This document shows, one piece after another, positions 19,220-28,526 of a stretch of 64,000 bases of DNA. The notes beneath the pieces were generated by a model. That model made no database searches, was not told where the DNA came from, and was given only the letters and a program-made list of their open reading frames with translations. The position numbers were made by a program, and so were the translations under genes. Every line of letters begins with the position of its first letter. The stretch's first letter is position 1. Source of the stretch: a virus (Duplodnaviria; Caudoviricetes); the IMG/VR virus record IMGVR_UViG_3300021958_000035, positions 31,217 through 95,216 of that record. One strand, 5' to 3'.

Positions 19220-20785
19220 ATGATTGACAAAAATGATCCAAAGGCTTGGGCCTTATACAAAGACGGATTGACTAAGGGGCTTTTTCAACTTGAGAGTAAC
19301 CTTGGTCGTGCATGGTCCAAAAGAGTTGCACCGGAAAACCTTGAAGAACTAGCGGCATTGATCGCTATCATCAGGCCCGGAACGTTGAAGGCGGTTAGCG
19401 AGGGCAAGTCTATGACTCAGCACTTCGTAGACCGTAAACATAAAAGAGAAGATGTCGTTTATCCTCATCCTAGTCTAGAAGAAATTCTAGAGACCACGTA
19501 TGGCGTACTTGTATACCAAGAACAGGCTATGCTTATCGCGGTTAAAGCTGCGGGATTCAATGAGATGGAGGCAGATAACCTTCGTAAAGCTATTGGTAAA
19601 AAGAAAGCGTCTCTCATGACTGAGATTCGTGGACAGTTTATTGAGGGGTGTGGGAAGGTCGGACTTGTAGATCAAGACGCTGCAAACCAGATTTTTGACT
19701 GGATTGAAAAGTCGTCTCGTTATTCTTTTAATAAGTCTCACGCCGTTGCCTATGCACTCGATTCATACTGGTCTGCGTACTATAAGGCGAACTACACAAA
19801 AGAGTTCTTCTTGTCCTATCTGTACTATGCGAATGAAAAGCAAGATACTCATCGGGAAATCTATGAGCTAGTAAACGAAGCTAAACTATTCAATATACTA
19901 GTAAAGACTCCTAAACTAAACAGGTTCTCTGAGAAGTTTGCCATCTTTGGCGATGACATTCAGTTTGGAGTTCGTGACGTTAAAGGTCTTACTGGTGTCA
20001 CTGGTGATAAAGTTATCAAAGCTATTCACGAAACGTCAGAAGAAATCAATAAGCCTCTAAAAGATTTTACTTGGATGGATGTTCTCGTTTACATCGCACC
20101 TAAGATCACATCTACGGCTCTCAAGGCACTTTCTGGTATTGGATTTTTCTCTACCAAGTCAACTGGAGTGACTAGGAATCAAGCTCTTTACGAATACCTA
20201 ATTTGGCGTGAGCTAACTAAGACAGAAGTAAAATGGGTAACAGAGAACTATCCTGAAAAGAAGTGGTCAAAACTACAGGATTGTTTCAAAGATCTGTCTC
20301 CTACCAAGAAGATGGGTGGTGGCTGTAGCAACGCCAATCGTAGTCAGATTGTGTACGGTGAGATTGAGATGCTAAAAAATCCACCATATGAAATGTCTGA
20401 TGAGCCGCAATGGGTTATTGCAGAAGAGGTCAAACTCTTGGGTTGTCCAATTTCGTATCAATACACAGATGCTATCGACGCATCAATCGCTAACACTACA
20501 TGTCAAGAAGTAGCCAACGGAAAGTTTGGCAAGGATATTTGCATTGTAGCGAATGTCCAACGTGTAGCTAATCATAAAATTAACAAGAAGAATAGCAAGC
20601 AAAAGGGCCGGATTATGTCGTTCCTGACAATCGAAGATGCCACTTGCTCTCTAGACAATGTTATCGTTTTCCCAGACGCAAGAGACAAATATCAGTTTGT
20701 TCTCTATGAAGGTGCCAATCTCATGCTCTGCGGTGAGATCGAGAAGGATAATTCGTTTATTGTTAATAAAATTCACGAAATGTAG
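19220..20785 (+). CDS. dnaE: DNA polymerase III alpha, C-terminal half (fingers, HhH, OB fold)
   Basis: GLFQLES, IRPG, ETTYGVLVYQEQ, ADNLRKAIGKKK, YSFNKSHAVAY, OB fold KGRIMSFLTIED..VIVFP. Confidence 0.93.
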   Translation: MIDKNDPKAWALYKDGLTKGLFQLESNLGRAWSKRVAPENLEELAALIAIIRPGTLKAVSEGKSMTQHFVDRKHKREDVVYPHPSLEEILETTYGVLVYQEQAMLIAVKAAGFNEMEADNLRKAIGKKKASLMTEIRGQFIEGCGKVGLVDQDAANQIFDWIEKSSRYSFNKSHAVAYALDSYWSAYYKANYTKEFFLSYLYYANEKQDTHREIYELVNEAKLFNILVKTPKLNRFSEKFAIFGDDIQFGVRDVKGLTGVTGDKVIKAIHETSEEINKPLKDFTWMDVLVYIAPKITSTALKALSGIGFFSTKSTGVTRNQALYEYLIWRELTKTEVKWVTENYPEKKWSKLQDCFKDLSPTKKMGGGCSNANRSQIVYGEIEMLKNPPYEMSDEPQWVIAEEVKLLGCPISYQYTDAIDASIANTTCQEVANGKFGKDICIVANVQRVANHKINKKNSKQKGRIMSFLTIEDATCSLDNVIVFPDARDKYQFVLYEGANLMLCGEIEKDNSFIVNKIHEM

Positions 20786-20814
20786 TTGTAAAAAACTGAT
20801 TAGTGAGCTATAAT
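20786..20814 (+). promoter_or_regulatory. Sigma70-type promoter upstream of ssb and the glycan island
   Basis: TTGTAA-17 nt-TATAAT followed by an AGGAG RBS. Confidence 0.7.
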
Positions 20815-20825
20815 AAGGAGTACAC

Positions 20826-21143
20826 ATGAACCATTGTATTTTTACAGGGTATCTATTATTTGACCCAAATGTGGGTTACGAACCGAATCCATCAGTTTGC
20901 ACTTTTAAACTGGTAACATACGAGTACACAAGAAACAGGCGTGGTGAAAAGAAGCGTTACCCAACAACCGTAACCTTCCAAGCCTTTGATAGTGGTGCAG
21001 ATGCCATCGCTAAACTAGGAAAGAGGGGGATGAAAATGACCGTACACGCTTCTGCCAGAAACGGTGTTCTTAAAACCGACTCTGTGGACGATATTATTTT
21101 TAGAGTTAATCAATTCGACTTTGGATGTTTGGACAAGGAATAA
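20826..21143 (+). CDS. ssb: Single-stranded DNA-binding protein (OB fold, no acidic tail)
   Basis: MNHCIFTGYL..DP..CTFKL...AFDSGAD.I....KRG SSB pattern. Confidence 0.75.
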   Translation: MNHCIFTGYLLFDPNVGYEPNPSVCTFKLVTYEYTRNRRGEKKRYPTTVTFQAFDSGADAIAKLGKRGMKMTVHASARNGVLKTDSVDDIIFRVNQFDFGCLDKE

Positions 21144-21144
21144 G

Positions 21145-22833
21145 ATGAGAAAAAAACGAATTCTGTTCTGTAGCGAAGCTACTTTCCTTAACACTGGATA
21201 CGCGACCTACACTCGTGAGATCTTGAATTACCTACACTCCACTGGAAAATATGAGCTTGCAGAATTGGCAGCTTACGGTCAACGAAATGACCCAAGGGCA
21301 GCAAATATTCCTTGGAAATTCTACGGCGTTCAGCCAAACACAGACTGCGAACCGAAGGCAAGTCAGGAAGAACTTCAGGCGTTTGGATCATCCGCTACAA
21401 ACCAATTTGGAGAATGGATTTTTGAGCATGTTTGCTTAGATTTCTTGCCTGATATCGTGTGCGATATTCGAGACTTTTGGATGCTCGACTTCGCAGAGAG
21501 AAGCCCTTTTCGACCCTATTTCGATTGGGTAATTATGCCAACGGTCGATGCTAGACCGCAAGCACGACAGTGGATTTCAACATATGCTGGTGCTGATGCT
21601 TGTCTGACATACTCTGATTGGGCAGGAACTGTACTTGCAGATCAGTCTGGTGGTAAGATTAAGTATCATGGATCTTCACCGCCTTCTGCTCATCCAGCAT
21701 ATCACCCCATTGAAGATAAGAAAGCACACAAGCTATCTATGGGGATTGACCCAGAATATAAAATCATTGGAACTGTTATGCGTAATCAACGACGTAAACT
21801 GTACCCAGATTTATTTGAAGCATTTAGGAAATTCTTAGATAAGTCGGAAAGCAAGAAGTATTATCTTTATTGTCATACTTCTTATCCTGATCTTGGTTGG
21901 GATATTCCAGAGTTAATCTTGCAAAACAACCTGTCTTCACATATTTTGTTCACCTATATCTGTCCTGAGACAAAAAAGCCATTCCCATCATTGTTTAAGG
22001 GTGCTGTAGCACAGTCTCCATACACTGGAAAATGGGGTTCTACTCTATCAAACGTAAAGAATGGTGCGTCTTACGAGGATCTGTCTCGAATCCAGAACCT
22101 CTTTGATCTTTACACTCAGTATGCTAACTGTGAAGGTTTTGGCTTGCCCTATGTAGAAGCTGCTGCTTGTGGCGTTCCAGTATGCGGCACTGACTACTCT
22201 GCTATGGAGAGTGAGATTCGTAAACTGCAAGGTCATCCCATCAAACCGGCTGCACTTTATAAAGAGTTAGAGACTGGTTGTCTTCGTGCTGTTCCAGATA
22301 ATGATGCGGCAGCGGAATATTTCCGTCACTTCTTTGAAGATAAAACTGACGAAGAACGTGCCGCAGAAGGTAAGCGAACAAGGAAGAACTTTGAAAAGCA
22401 CTTCCAGTGGCACCTTAGTGGAAACAAGTGGGAGCAAATCTTTGACAATGCTCCTATTAGACCTATTGAGCAAACTTGGGCTTCGCCTCCACGGGTTCTA
22501 GATCCCGCAGGTAAGATTCCAGATGACCAATTGGAGAATGTAAGTCCAACTATGCAGGCTCAGTACCTTATCAGAAATGTTCTGAGAGATCCATCAAGGG
22601 TAGGAACATTTTTTGAATCTAGAATGATCAGAGATTTAACTTATAAGTCGTCTACGGGATCAACTGGTGGTATGTACTTTAATGAATGTAGTCAGGCATT
22701 TGATGGTGCAAATCAGAGACAAGTTTTTGATTTTCATGTTGCTTACGATTCTATGGTGGCACAAAGGGGTAGAATCAATAGCTGGGAACAAAAACGAATC
22801 GAAGTACTAAAAAATAAGGGAGTTATTAAGTGA
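21145..22833 (+). CDS. GT4-family (GT-B) glycosyltransferase
   Basis: TGY N-motif, VMRNQRRK, EGFGLPYVEAAACGVPV (E-x7-E). Confidence 0.9.
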   Translation: MRKKRILFCSEATFLNTGYATYTREILNYLHSTGKYELAELAAYGQRNDPRAANIPWKFYGVQPNTDCEPKASQEELQAFGSSATNQFGEWIFEHVCLDFLPDIVCDIRDFWMLDFAERSPFRPYFDWVIMPTVDARPQARQWISTYAGADACLTYSDWAGTVLADQSGGKIKYHGSSPPSAHPAYHPIEDKKAHKLSMGIDPEYKIIGTVMRNQRRKLYPDLFEAFRKFLDKSESKKYYLYCHTSYPDLGWDIPELILQNNLSSHILFTYICPETKKPFPSLFKGAVAQSPYTGKWGSTLSNVKNGASYEDLSRIQNLFDLYTQYANCEGFGLPYVEAAACGVPVCGTDYSAMESEIRKLQGHPIKPAALYKELETGCLRAVPDNDAAAEYFRHFFEDKTDEERAAEGKRTRKNFEKHFQWHLSGNKWEQIFDNAPIRPIEQTWASPPRVLDPAGKIPDDQLENVSPTMQAQYLIRNVLRDPSRVGTFFESRMIRDLTYKSSTGSTGGMYFNECSQAFDGANQRQVFDFHVAYDSMVAQRGRINSWEQKRIEVLKNKGVIK

Positions 22834-23843
22834 AAACAATCGTAGTAACAGGATGTGCAGGACTACTTGGTTCTCATTTTAGTCGGCACCTTTTAAGCAA
22901 GGGGTATAGGGTCATTGGTATTGATGACCTTAGTGGTGGGTACGCTGATTATTTACCATCAGAACTTAAAGAGGGGTTTGAATTCTGGCCCTTGGATTTG
23001 ACAGATGGTTCATGGACTCCAAAATCACTTGAGCATATCTTTGATCCCCGTAGAGATGTCGTGGCTTGCTATCACTTCGCAGCGTATGCTGCGGAAGGAT
23101 TGTCGCCCTTTATCCGCACGTTCAACTACAAGAACAATGTTCTGGCCTCCGCTGCCGTTATCAACGCCTGTATCAACAACAACGTAAAGCTGATCTTCAC
23201 TAGCAGTATGGCTGTTTACGGAAACCATTCCGCACCATTTTTCGAGCAAATGACTCCAGAACCAATCGACCCTTATGGTATTGCAAAGTACACTGTTGAA
23301 CAAGATATCAAAGTTGCAAATCAGCAACACGGATTACGCTATAATATCATTCGTCCACATAATGTCGTTGGTATCTATCAAAATATCTGGGACAAATATC
23401 GTAACGTTGCAGGCATTTTTATTCGTCGCATCCTTGATGGTGAACCAATGCTCATCTACGGAGATGGCGAACAGACTCGTGCGTTTTCTGACATCAAGTA
23501 TTACATGAAACCTTTTGAGCAACTTATCGACGGTCACGATAATGAACTTTTCAATATTGGTGCAGACAGGGCGTACACAATTAATGAGCTTGCAAATACA
23601 GTTCAACGTGTAGCTTGGAAGAATGGTTTTGAAGCAGAGAAGAAGCACGTAGAGGGTCGTCACGAAGCTAAACACGCTTTTTGCGACCACTCCAAAGCGA
23701 AAGAGATGTTGAACTTTAGCGACGACACTAATCTAGAAGAAACGGTTGATGAAATGTTCAAATGGGCCATCGTTCAGCCAAAAAGAGAAACTAAGAAGAT
23801 GCAGTACGAAGTACACAAGGGGATTTATGACTACTGGAAATAA
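22830..23843 (+). CDS. NAD-dependent nucleotide-sugar epimerase/dehydratase (extended SDR)
   Basis: TGCAGLLG, TSSMAVYG, YGIAK (YxxxK), GDGEQTRAF. Confidence 0.92.
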   Translation: MKTIVVTGCAGLLGSHFSRHLLSKGYRVIGIDDLSGGYADYLPSELKEGFEFWPLDLTDGSWTPKSLEHIFDPRRDVVACYHFAAYAAEGLSPFIRTFNYKNNVLASAAVINACINNNVKLIFTSSMAVYGNHSAPFFEQMTPEPIDPYGIAKYTVEQDIKVANQQHGLRYNIIRPHNVVGIYQNIWDKYRNVAGIFIRRILDGEPMLIYGDGEQTRAFSDIKYYMKPFEQLIDGHDNELFNIGADRAYTINELANTVQRVAWKNGFEAEKKHVEGRHEAKHAFCDHSKAKEMLNFSDDTNLEETVDEMFKWAIVQPKRETKKMQYEVHKGIYDYWK

Positions 23844-23938
23844 AAAAGTAGACGAACATTATAATGTGGAATGTTCTAGGAGTAGCGATATTAATGAGCA
23901 TCTCCAATGGATTGGGAGTGTTAAAAAGAAATGACTAA
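23827..23938 (+). pseudogene. Internally deleted class I SAM methyltransferase (N- and C-termini only)
   Basis: MTTGNKKVDEHY..SDINEHL joined out of frame to NGLGVLKRND*; both motifs resemble the termini of Methyltransf_24-like proteins. Confidence 0.55.
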
Positions 23939-24692
23939 ATTGCAGTTGCTAGATGTAGCAGTATTTACTTTCTGTTGGGGTACAGAGCACGTAGAGAAAT
24001 CTCTCAGAGCCATGCTGATTGCGATGGATCAGGTAGACTTCAAACGTAGCGTCCTGATTACTGATAGTTCTAAAACTGATTTATCTTTATTCGGCCAAGT
24101 CATTGATAGACACAATATCGAAGTGTGTGATATGAGTGTCGATCTCAATGGCAACCTTCAGAATGATGACGCGAATCGAAGTGGATTCTGCGAAAGTTTC
24201 GTTCAGCAAACTAATAAGTATATTTTTGACGATTTCTGTTTGAATGTTCAGCATGACTCGACTATAATAGATATAGAGAAGTGGGATAATCGCTTCTTGC
24301 AGTATGATTATATTGGTGCCCCTTGGCCTATGCACATCATTCAAGCGAGCGATATGGTTGCTGGACGCATAGAAGAAATCCCGAACGTTGTTGGCAACGG
24401 AGGGTTTTCTTTGAGAACACGAGCATTTGTAGAGGAATCAGCAAAACTAGGATGGGAACACAAGAACGAAGACCTTAATATTTGTGTTTTCAATTATGAC
24501 ACTATGACCTCCGCAGGAATTAAGTTTGCACCACCAGAACTAGCAGCACAATTTTCTAAAGAACATCAAACACCTTTTGGTATTTTTAATAGAAATATGC
24601 TGTTTAGTTATAACTCTTTTGGTTTTCACGGCGAGTTTAATTCTGCGGGTATGGAGTTCATTCAAGACTACGATTTAAAAGGAATGGTATGA
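23931..24692 (+). CDS. DUF5672-like GT-A fold protein
   Basis: VQHDS, FLQYDYIGAPW, VGNGGFSLR, NED, FAP...A..FS, FGFH. Confidence 0.85.
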   Translation: MTKLQLLDVAVFTFCWGTEHVEKSLRAMLIAMDQVDFKRSVLITDSSKTDLSLFGQVIDRHNIEVCDMSVDLNGNLQNDDANRSGFCESFVQQTNKYIFDDFCLNVQHDSTIIDIEKWDNRFLQYDYIGAPWPMHIIQASDMVAGRIEEIPNVVGNGGFSLRTRAFVEESAKLGWEHKNEDLNICVFNYDTMTSAGIKFAPPELAAQFSKEHQTPFGIFNRNMLFSYNSFGFHGEFNSAGMEFIQDYDLKGMV

Positions 24693-25318
24693 AAGTTTTA
24701 GATACGAGAGATGACTATCTAGACTACATCAAAACACTGCTTCCAGAAAACCCGAAAGTTCTGGAGATTGGTGTAGAGCATGGGCATTTTTCAGAAAAGA
24801 TTATGAAAGTTCTGGAGCCATCAGAGCTTCACTTGTTAGACCCTTGGGACTGGAATCTCGACAATGGACTGGTCTATCAAGAAGGTCATATGAGAAATGT
24901 ACCCACTGCTCACAGCAATGTGAACATGCAGATTGTGCTGGAGAGAAAGTACGAAAAAGAAATTGCAGAAGGCAGAATTCATATCCACAGAGGGTACTCT
25001 CATGAACTAGTCGATGAATTTGAAACAGCATACTTTGACTTTATTTATTTAGATGGTTGTCATTTGTATGAGTCTGTAAAGAAAGACATCGAGTGCTATG
25101 TGCTTAAGGTGCAACCTGAAGGCGTTTTGGGTGGGCACGATTACATTAGTCAGGAAACGTTGTTTATTCAAGAGGGTGTTACCTATACCAATCAACTTGG
25201 ATACGGAATTAAACAGGCCGTAGACGAATATTTAGAATCCAATCCGGTAGTTGGGATGTGTGCCTTAGTTAGTAGCGATATGCCATTTCCTGATTGGGCA
25301 ATTAGGAGGAAAAAATAA
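24689..25318 (+). CDS. Class I SAM methyltransferase (Methyltransf_24-like)
   Basis: VLEIGVEHG, LDPW, FDFIYLDGCHLYE, GGHDY. Confidence 0.9.
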   Translation: MKVLDTRDDYLDYIKTLLPENPKVLEIGVEHGHFSEKIMKVLEPSELHLLDPWDWNLDNGLVYQEGHMRNVPTAHSNVNMQIVLERKYEKEIAEGRIHIHRGYSHELVDEFETAYFDFIYLDGCHLYESVKKDIECYVLKVQPEGVLGGHDYISQETLFIQEGVTYTNQLGYGIKQAVDEYLESNPVVGMCALVSSDMPFPDWAIRRKK

Positions 25319-26418
25319 TGAAAGTTTTATACATTGGATATTACAAAGAACATAGCGATTGGGGTAAGATTGCTAGGAACAACATTCTAGCCCTAGATTC
25401 TGCTGGCGTAGATGTTGCATGTCGGTCAATTGTATTTGGCATCGACCATACTCCAGAAGAAATGAGAAGGTTTGAAGAAAAAGACATTGAAGATTGCGAT
25501 GTTTGTATACAGCACTTATTCCCAGACCATATGCTTCCATCGTCTAAATTCAAGAAAAACATCGCTATTTTAGCAAATGAATTTGTTGAAGCTAAACACT
25601 CTACTATTATAGAAAAGCTAGATCGTTTCGATCAGATTTGGGTTCCAAGTGCGGGGGCTGAAATTGCTTTTAAGGATACGCCTATCGAAGATAAGATTAA
25701 ACGAGTCCCATATGCATTTAACAAAGATAACTACAAAGCCACTACTAGTGCAATAAATGGGGGGATTGAAACAAAAGATAAGTTCAGATTCTATACCATT
25801 ATCAATAATGAGGGTGATGGAGTAGAAAGAGTATTGAGATGTTTCCATTCCGAGTTTGATGACACAGATAATGTTGTACTCCTGTTAGGTGTAGACGAAT
25901 CATGTAACAAGCAACTTATCGACCAGAAGATTGAAAAGGTAAAAACAGACTTAGGACTCAAGCCGCAAGCATCCGATTACAGGAAAGACGTATTCGTTCC
26001 AAGACTAAGCGGGTCTCATGAGCCACTTCATATTTTTTCAGATTGTTATGTTAGTTGTGGAACTCAAAGAACTTTGAATCTAGAAGAGTTTGAAGCCTTC
26101 GCCTTTGGCAACACACCAATTGTACCAAATTCAACAGACGCAGAGGAATACTTTTATGATTATGAATGTGTTGTAGCATCTATCTATCAAACAAATACAA
26201 ACCGATCAAAAATGTGGCCGGATTTGAACAATGGCAAGGACTATGTTATCATACCTTGCGAAAAAGAAATGAAAGAGACGATGAGAAAATTGTACAGTGC
26301 TTGGTCAGAAAACCCAGTCATTTATAGTGTAAATAGAAAAAGAGAAGCATTTGAAATATTGGAAGTAATGTCGCTAGAAAATATAGGAAATTATATGAAG
26401 GAGAATCTAAATGCTTAA
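25318..26418 (+). CDS. GT4-like glycosyltransferase (degenerate catalytic motif)
   Basis: DQIWVPS, SDCYVS..LEEFEAFAFGNTPIV. Confidence 0.7.
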   Translation: MKVLYIGYYKEHSDWGKIARNNILALDSAGVDVACRSIVFGIDHTPEEMRRFEEKDIEDCDVCIQHLFPDHMLPSSKFKKNIAILANEFVEAKHSTIIEKLDRFDQIWVPSAGAEIAFKDTPIEDKIKRVPYAFNKDNYKATTSAINGGIETKDKFRFYTIINNEGDGVERVLRCFHSEFDDTDNVVLLLGVDESCNKQLIDQKIEKVKTDLGLKPQASDYRKDVFVPRLSGSHEPLHIFSDCYVSCGTQRTLNLEEFEAFAFGNTPIVPNSTDAEEYFYDYECVVASIYQTNTNRSKMWPDLNNGKDYVIIPCEKEMKETMRKLYSAWSENPVIYSVNRKREAFEILEVMSLENIGNYMKENLNA

Positions 26419-27391
26419 AATTCACTCTTTGATTCAAAAAGTGCAAAGGCCAAAAGACAAGGTTTATAACATCCTAACCTTCAATACTCATGAGCGTTAC
26501 CAGACTCAAGTTGCAAAGACTGGTCATAATTTTTACGCATTTAATTTTGATGGCGGGAAAGATTGGCTTACTGAACATGCACCCATGCCAAGTAATTACT
26601 ATCAACTTCCCAAAAATTCTGTTTTTCCGGGTGTAACCTTTGACTTTATTTTTGTCAATAGTAAATTTGGACAATATCAAATTGCTGAACAGATTAACTC
26701 TTCTTTGCAGTTGCCAGTATTGTGCTTAGAGCATACGTTGCCACATCTTAACTGGCCTGCGGAGCATCTTCTGCAATTCCAGAAAATGCGTGGTGATGTC
26801 AATGTATTTATTACGGAATATTCTAAAAGTAAATGGGGTATTCCCGGTGAAGTGATTTACCACTCTATTGATGCAGAGTTATTTAAACCGTCTGACGTTG
26901 AACGTAAACCTCAAGTCCTAACCGTTGCTCACGACTTTATTAATCGTGACTATGCTTTAAATTTCAATGGTTGGAATAGGATTACAGATGGGATGAATAG
27001 AGTTGTAGTTGGAGAGACAGAAGGGTTATCCAAAGCAGCAGCATCGGTGGATGAGTTGGTGAAGCAGTATCAAGAGTCTTTGGTTTATATTAATCCAAGC
27101 ACTCTCAGTCCTGTTCCTACATCCATGTTAGAAGCCATGTCGTGCGGCTGTGCGGTCGTTTCTACGAATACGTGTGATATTCCAAATATTATTAAACACG
27201 GCGAGAACGGCTTTCTGAGCAACGATGAGGGCGAATTGAGAGGTTATATCGAAAAACTATTAGCTGATCCAGAACTAGCAAAGAAAATAGGAGAATCTGC
27301 CAGACAAACTATTCTAGAAAGGTTCTCAGAAGATAGGTTTATTAATGAGTGGAACACTACTTTTGACAAAACATATGGAGTAATTAAATGA
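26411..27391 (+). CDS. GT4-family glycosyltransferase
   Basis: YINPS...MLEAMSCGCAVVST..IIKHGENGFL..ARQTILERFS. Confidence 0.88.
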   Translation: MLKIHSLIQKVQRPKDKVYNILTFNTHERYQTQVAKTGHNFYAFNFDGGKDWLTEHAPMPSNYYQLPKNSVFPGVTFDFIFVNSKFGQYQIAEQINSSLQLPVLCLEHTLPHLNWPAEHLLQFQKMRGDVNVFITEYSKSKWGIPGEVIYHSIDAELFKPSDVERKPQVLTVAHDFINRDYALNFNGWNRITDGMNRVVVGETEGLSKAAASVDELVKQYQESLVYINPSTLSPVPTSMLEAMSCGCAVVSTNTCDIPNIIKHGENGFLSNDEGELRGYIEKLLADPELAKKIGESARQTILERFSEDRFINEWNTTFDKTYGVIK

Positions 27392-27807
27392 AACTACAAA
27401 TTATCAGACCAGAGCAAGATACGATTGGCGGCTACGAGGTAGCACAAATTACACAGCCTAATTCGCTTGAGTTGTCCCATATTGTAGACAATTCTTGTGA
27501 ATCTATTCTAGCGGCAGATTTAATGGATTCTTTCAGTTCTAATACTGTGCGGCAGGTTTGTCAAGCATTAGTATCCAAACTTAGGCTCGGCGGTGAAGTT
27601 TCTATTGGTGGAACAGACGTTAGATTTTTCTATAAATTTCTGGCGAACGGTCTTCTTGATGTAGAGAGTGCGTGTCAAATTATTACCGCTACATATTCCA
27701 TGTCTACCTCTGATATGGCTGTAGAGGCATTGAAAAGTCTAGGGTTAGAAATCCTCACTGTGCATATGGATGGACTACACTACGAGGTTAAAGGAGTGAG
27801 GAAATAA
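27388..27807 (+). CDS. Methyltransferase-fold protein, probably degenerate
   Basis: DNSCESI...LVSKLRLGGEV matches the back half of a class I MTase; no GxG SAM loop seen. Confidence 0.5.
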   Translation: MKLQIIRPEQDTIGGYEVAQITQPNSLELSHIVDNSCESILAADLMDSFSSNTVRQVCQALVSKLRLGGEVSIGGTDVRFFYKFLANGLLDVESACQIITATYSMSTSDMAVEALKSLGLEILTVHMDGLHYEVKGVRK

Positions 27808-28526
27808 TGGATTGTAGCAAGTGTGTGTTTAAGATGGAAAATGAAGGCGTTCAAACAGGATGTAGTGTTGGTCGCCTTCAGAAATTGATTGATAAAGGCA
27901 AGGCTGATTTGAAGACATTAATGTTTGGTATGCCAGCAAGCGAGACTGTGTACGAATTGACCCAGTTTTGCAATATGTACAGGGAAGAAGAGTGTGACAT
28001 AGATAAGCAAAGATACAATGTAATGCCTCTATTCGGAATTATTGCATCTCTTAAGCCTGAAGATACTTTTGAAGAGGTTGACGCACTGTGTAAACATCTT
28101 GAGTCTCTGAAATATCCAAAGGAAAAGCTGAAGATCGTAATTTCAGCACCTAGCGGTCTAAAATATGCAGATAGTCTATTGCATAGATTTATGATGTTAA
28201 AAGAAAACTTTATCGCAGCAGAGTTGGTGCTACATCTGCACAACGAAGCAAATGCAAGAGACAATGAAACGTTTAAAAAAATGTTAGAAGCTACCTATTT
28301 TGTCAAGATGAACGTGAAAGACAGATTTAACCTAGACGTTTTTCAGGTAGTAGATAAAATGCTTAATGACGAACTGAAACAACTGTGTTTTATAGAAAAT
28401 AATTCAATACACATCGTGCTAAAGAGTGTCATTCAGCAAATATATTACAATTATGGAAGCTATGAAAAAGCCGTAAAAGGCTTGAAAACAATCTCTATGG
28501 AGCAGGGCAAATATGAAAAAATCTAA
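27807..28526 (+). CDS. Cys-rich N-terminus plus degenerate GT2-like domain
   Basis: CSKC..C..C; LESLKYPKEKLKIVI resembles a GT2 N-terminal motif; no DxD. Confidence 0.45.
   Translation: MDCSKCVFKMENEGVQTGCSVGRLQKLIDKGKADLKTLMFGMPASETVYELTQFCNMYREEECDIDKQRYNVMPLFGIIASLKPEDTFEEVDALCKHLESLKYPKEKLKIVISAPSGLKYADSLLHRFMMLKENFIAAELVLHLHNEANARDNETFKKMLEATYFVKMNVKDRFNLDVFQVVDKMLNDELKQLCFIENNSIHIVLKSVIQQIYYNYGSYEKAVKGLKTISMEQGKYEKI

Noticed and set aside
16630-20785. Split intein or group I intron in dnaE
   Set aside because: No Cys-start or His-Asn-end intein motifs; the intervening DNA is an intact dnaQ plus short remnants, with no intron core recognised
21064-21144. Longer starts given in the ORF track (21064, 14534, 16615, 5529)
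   Set aside because: Downstream ATG/GTG starts fit RBS position, gene coupling and domain boundaries better
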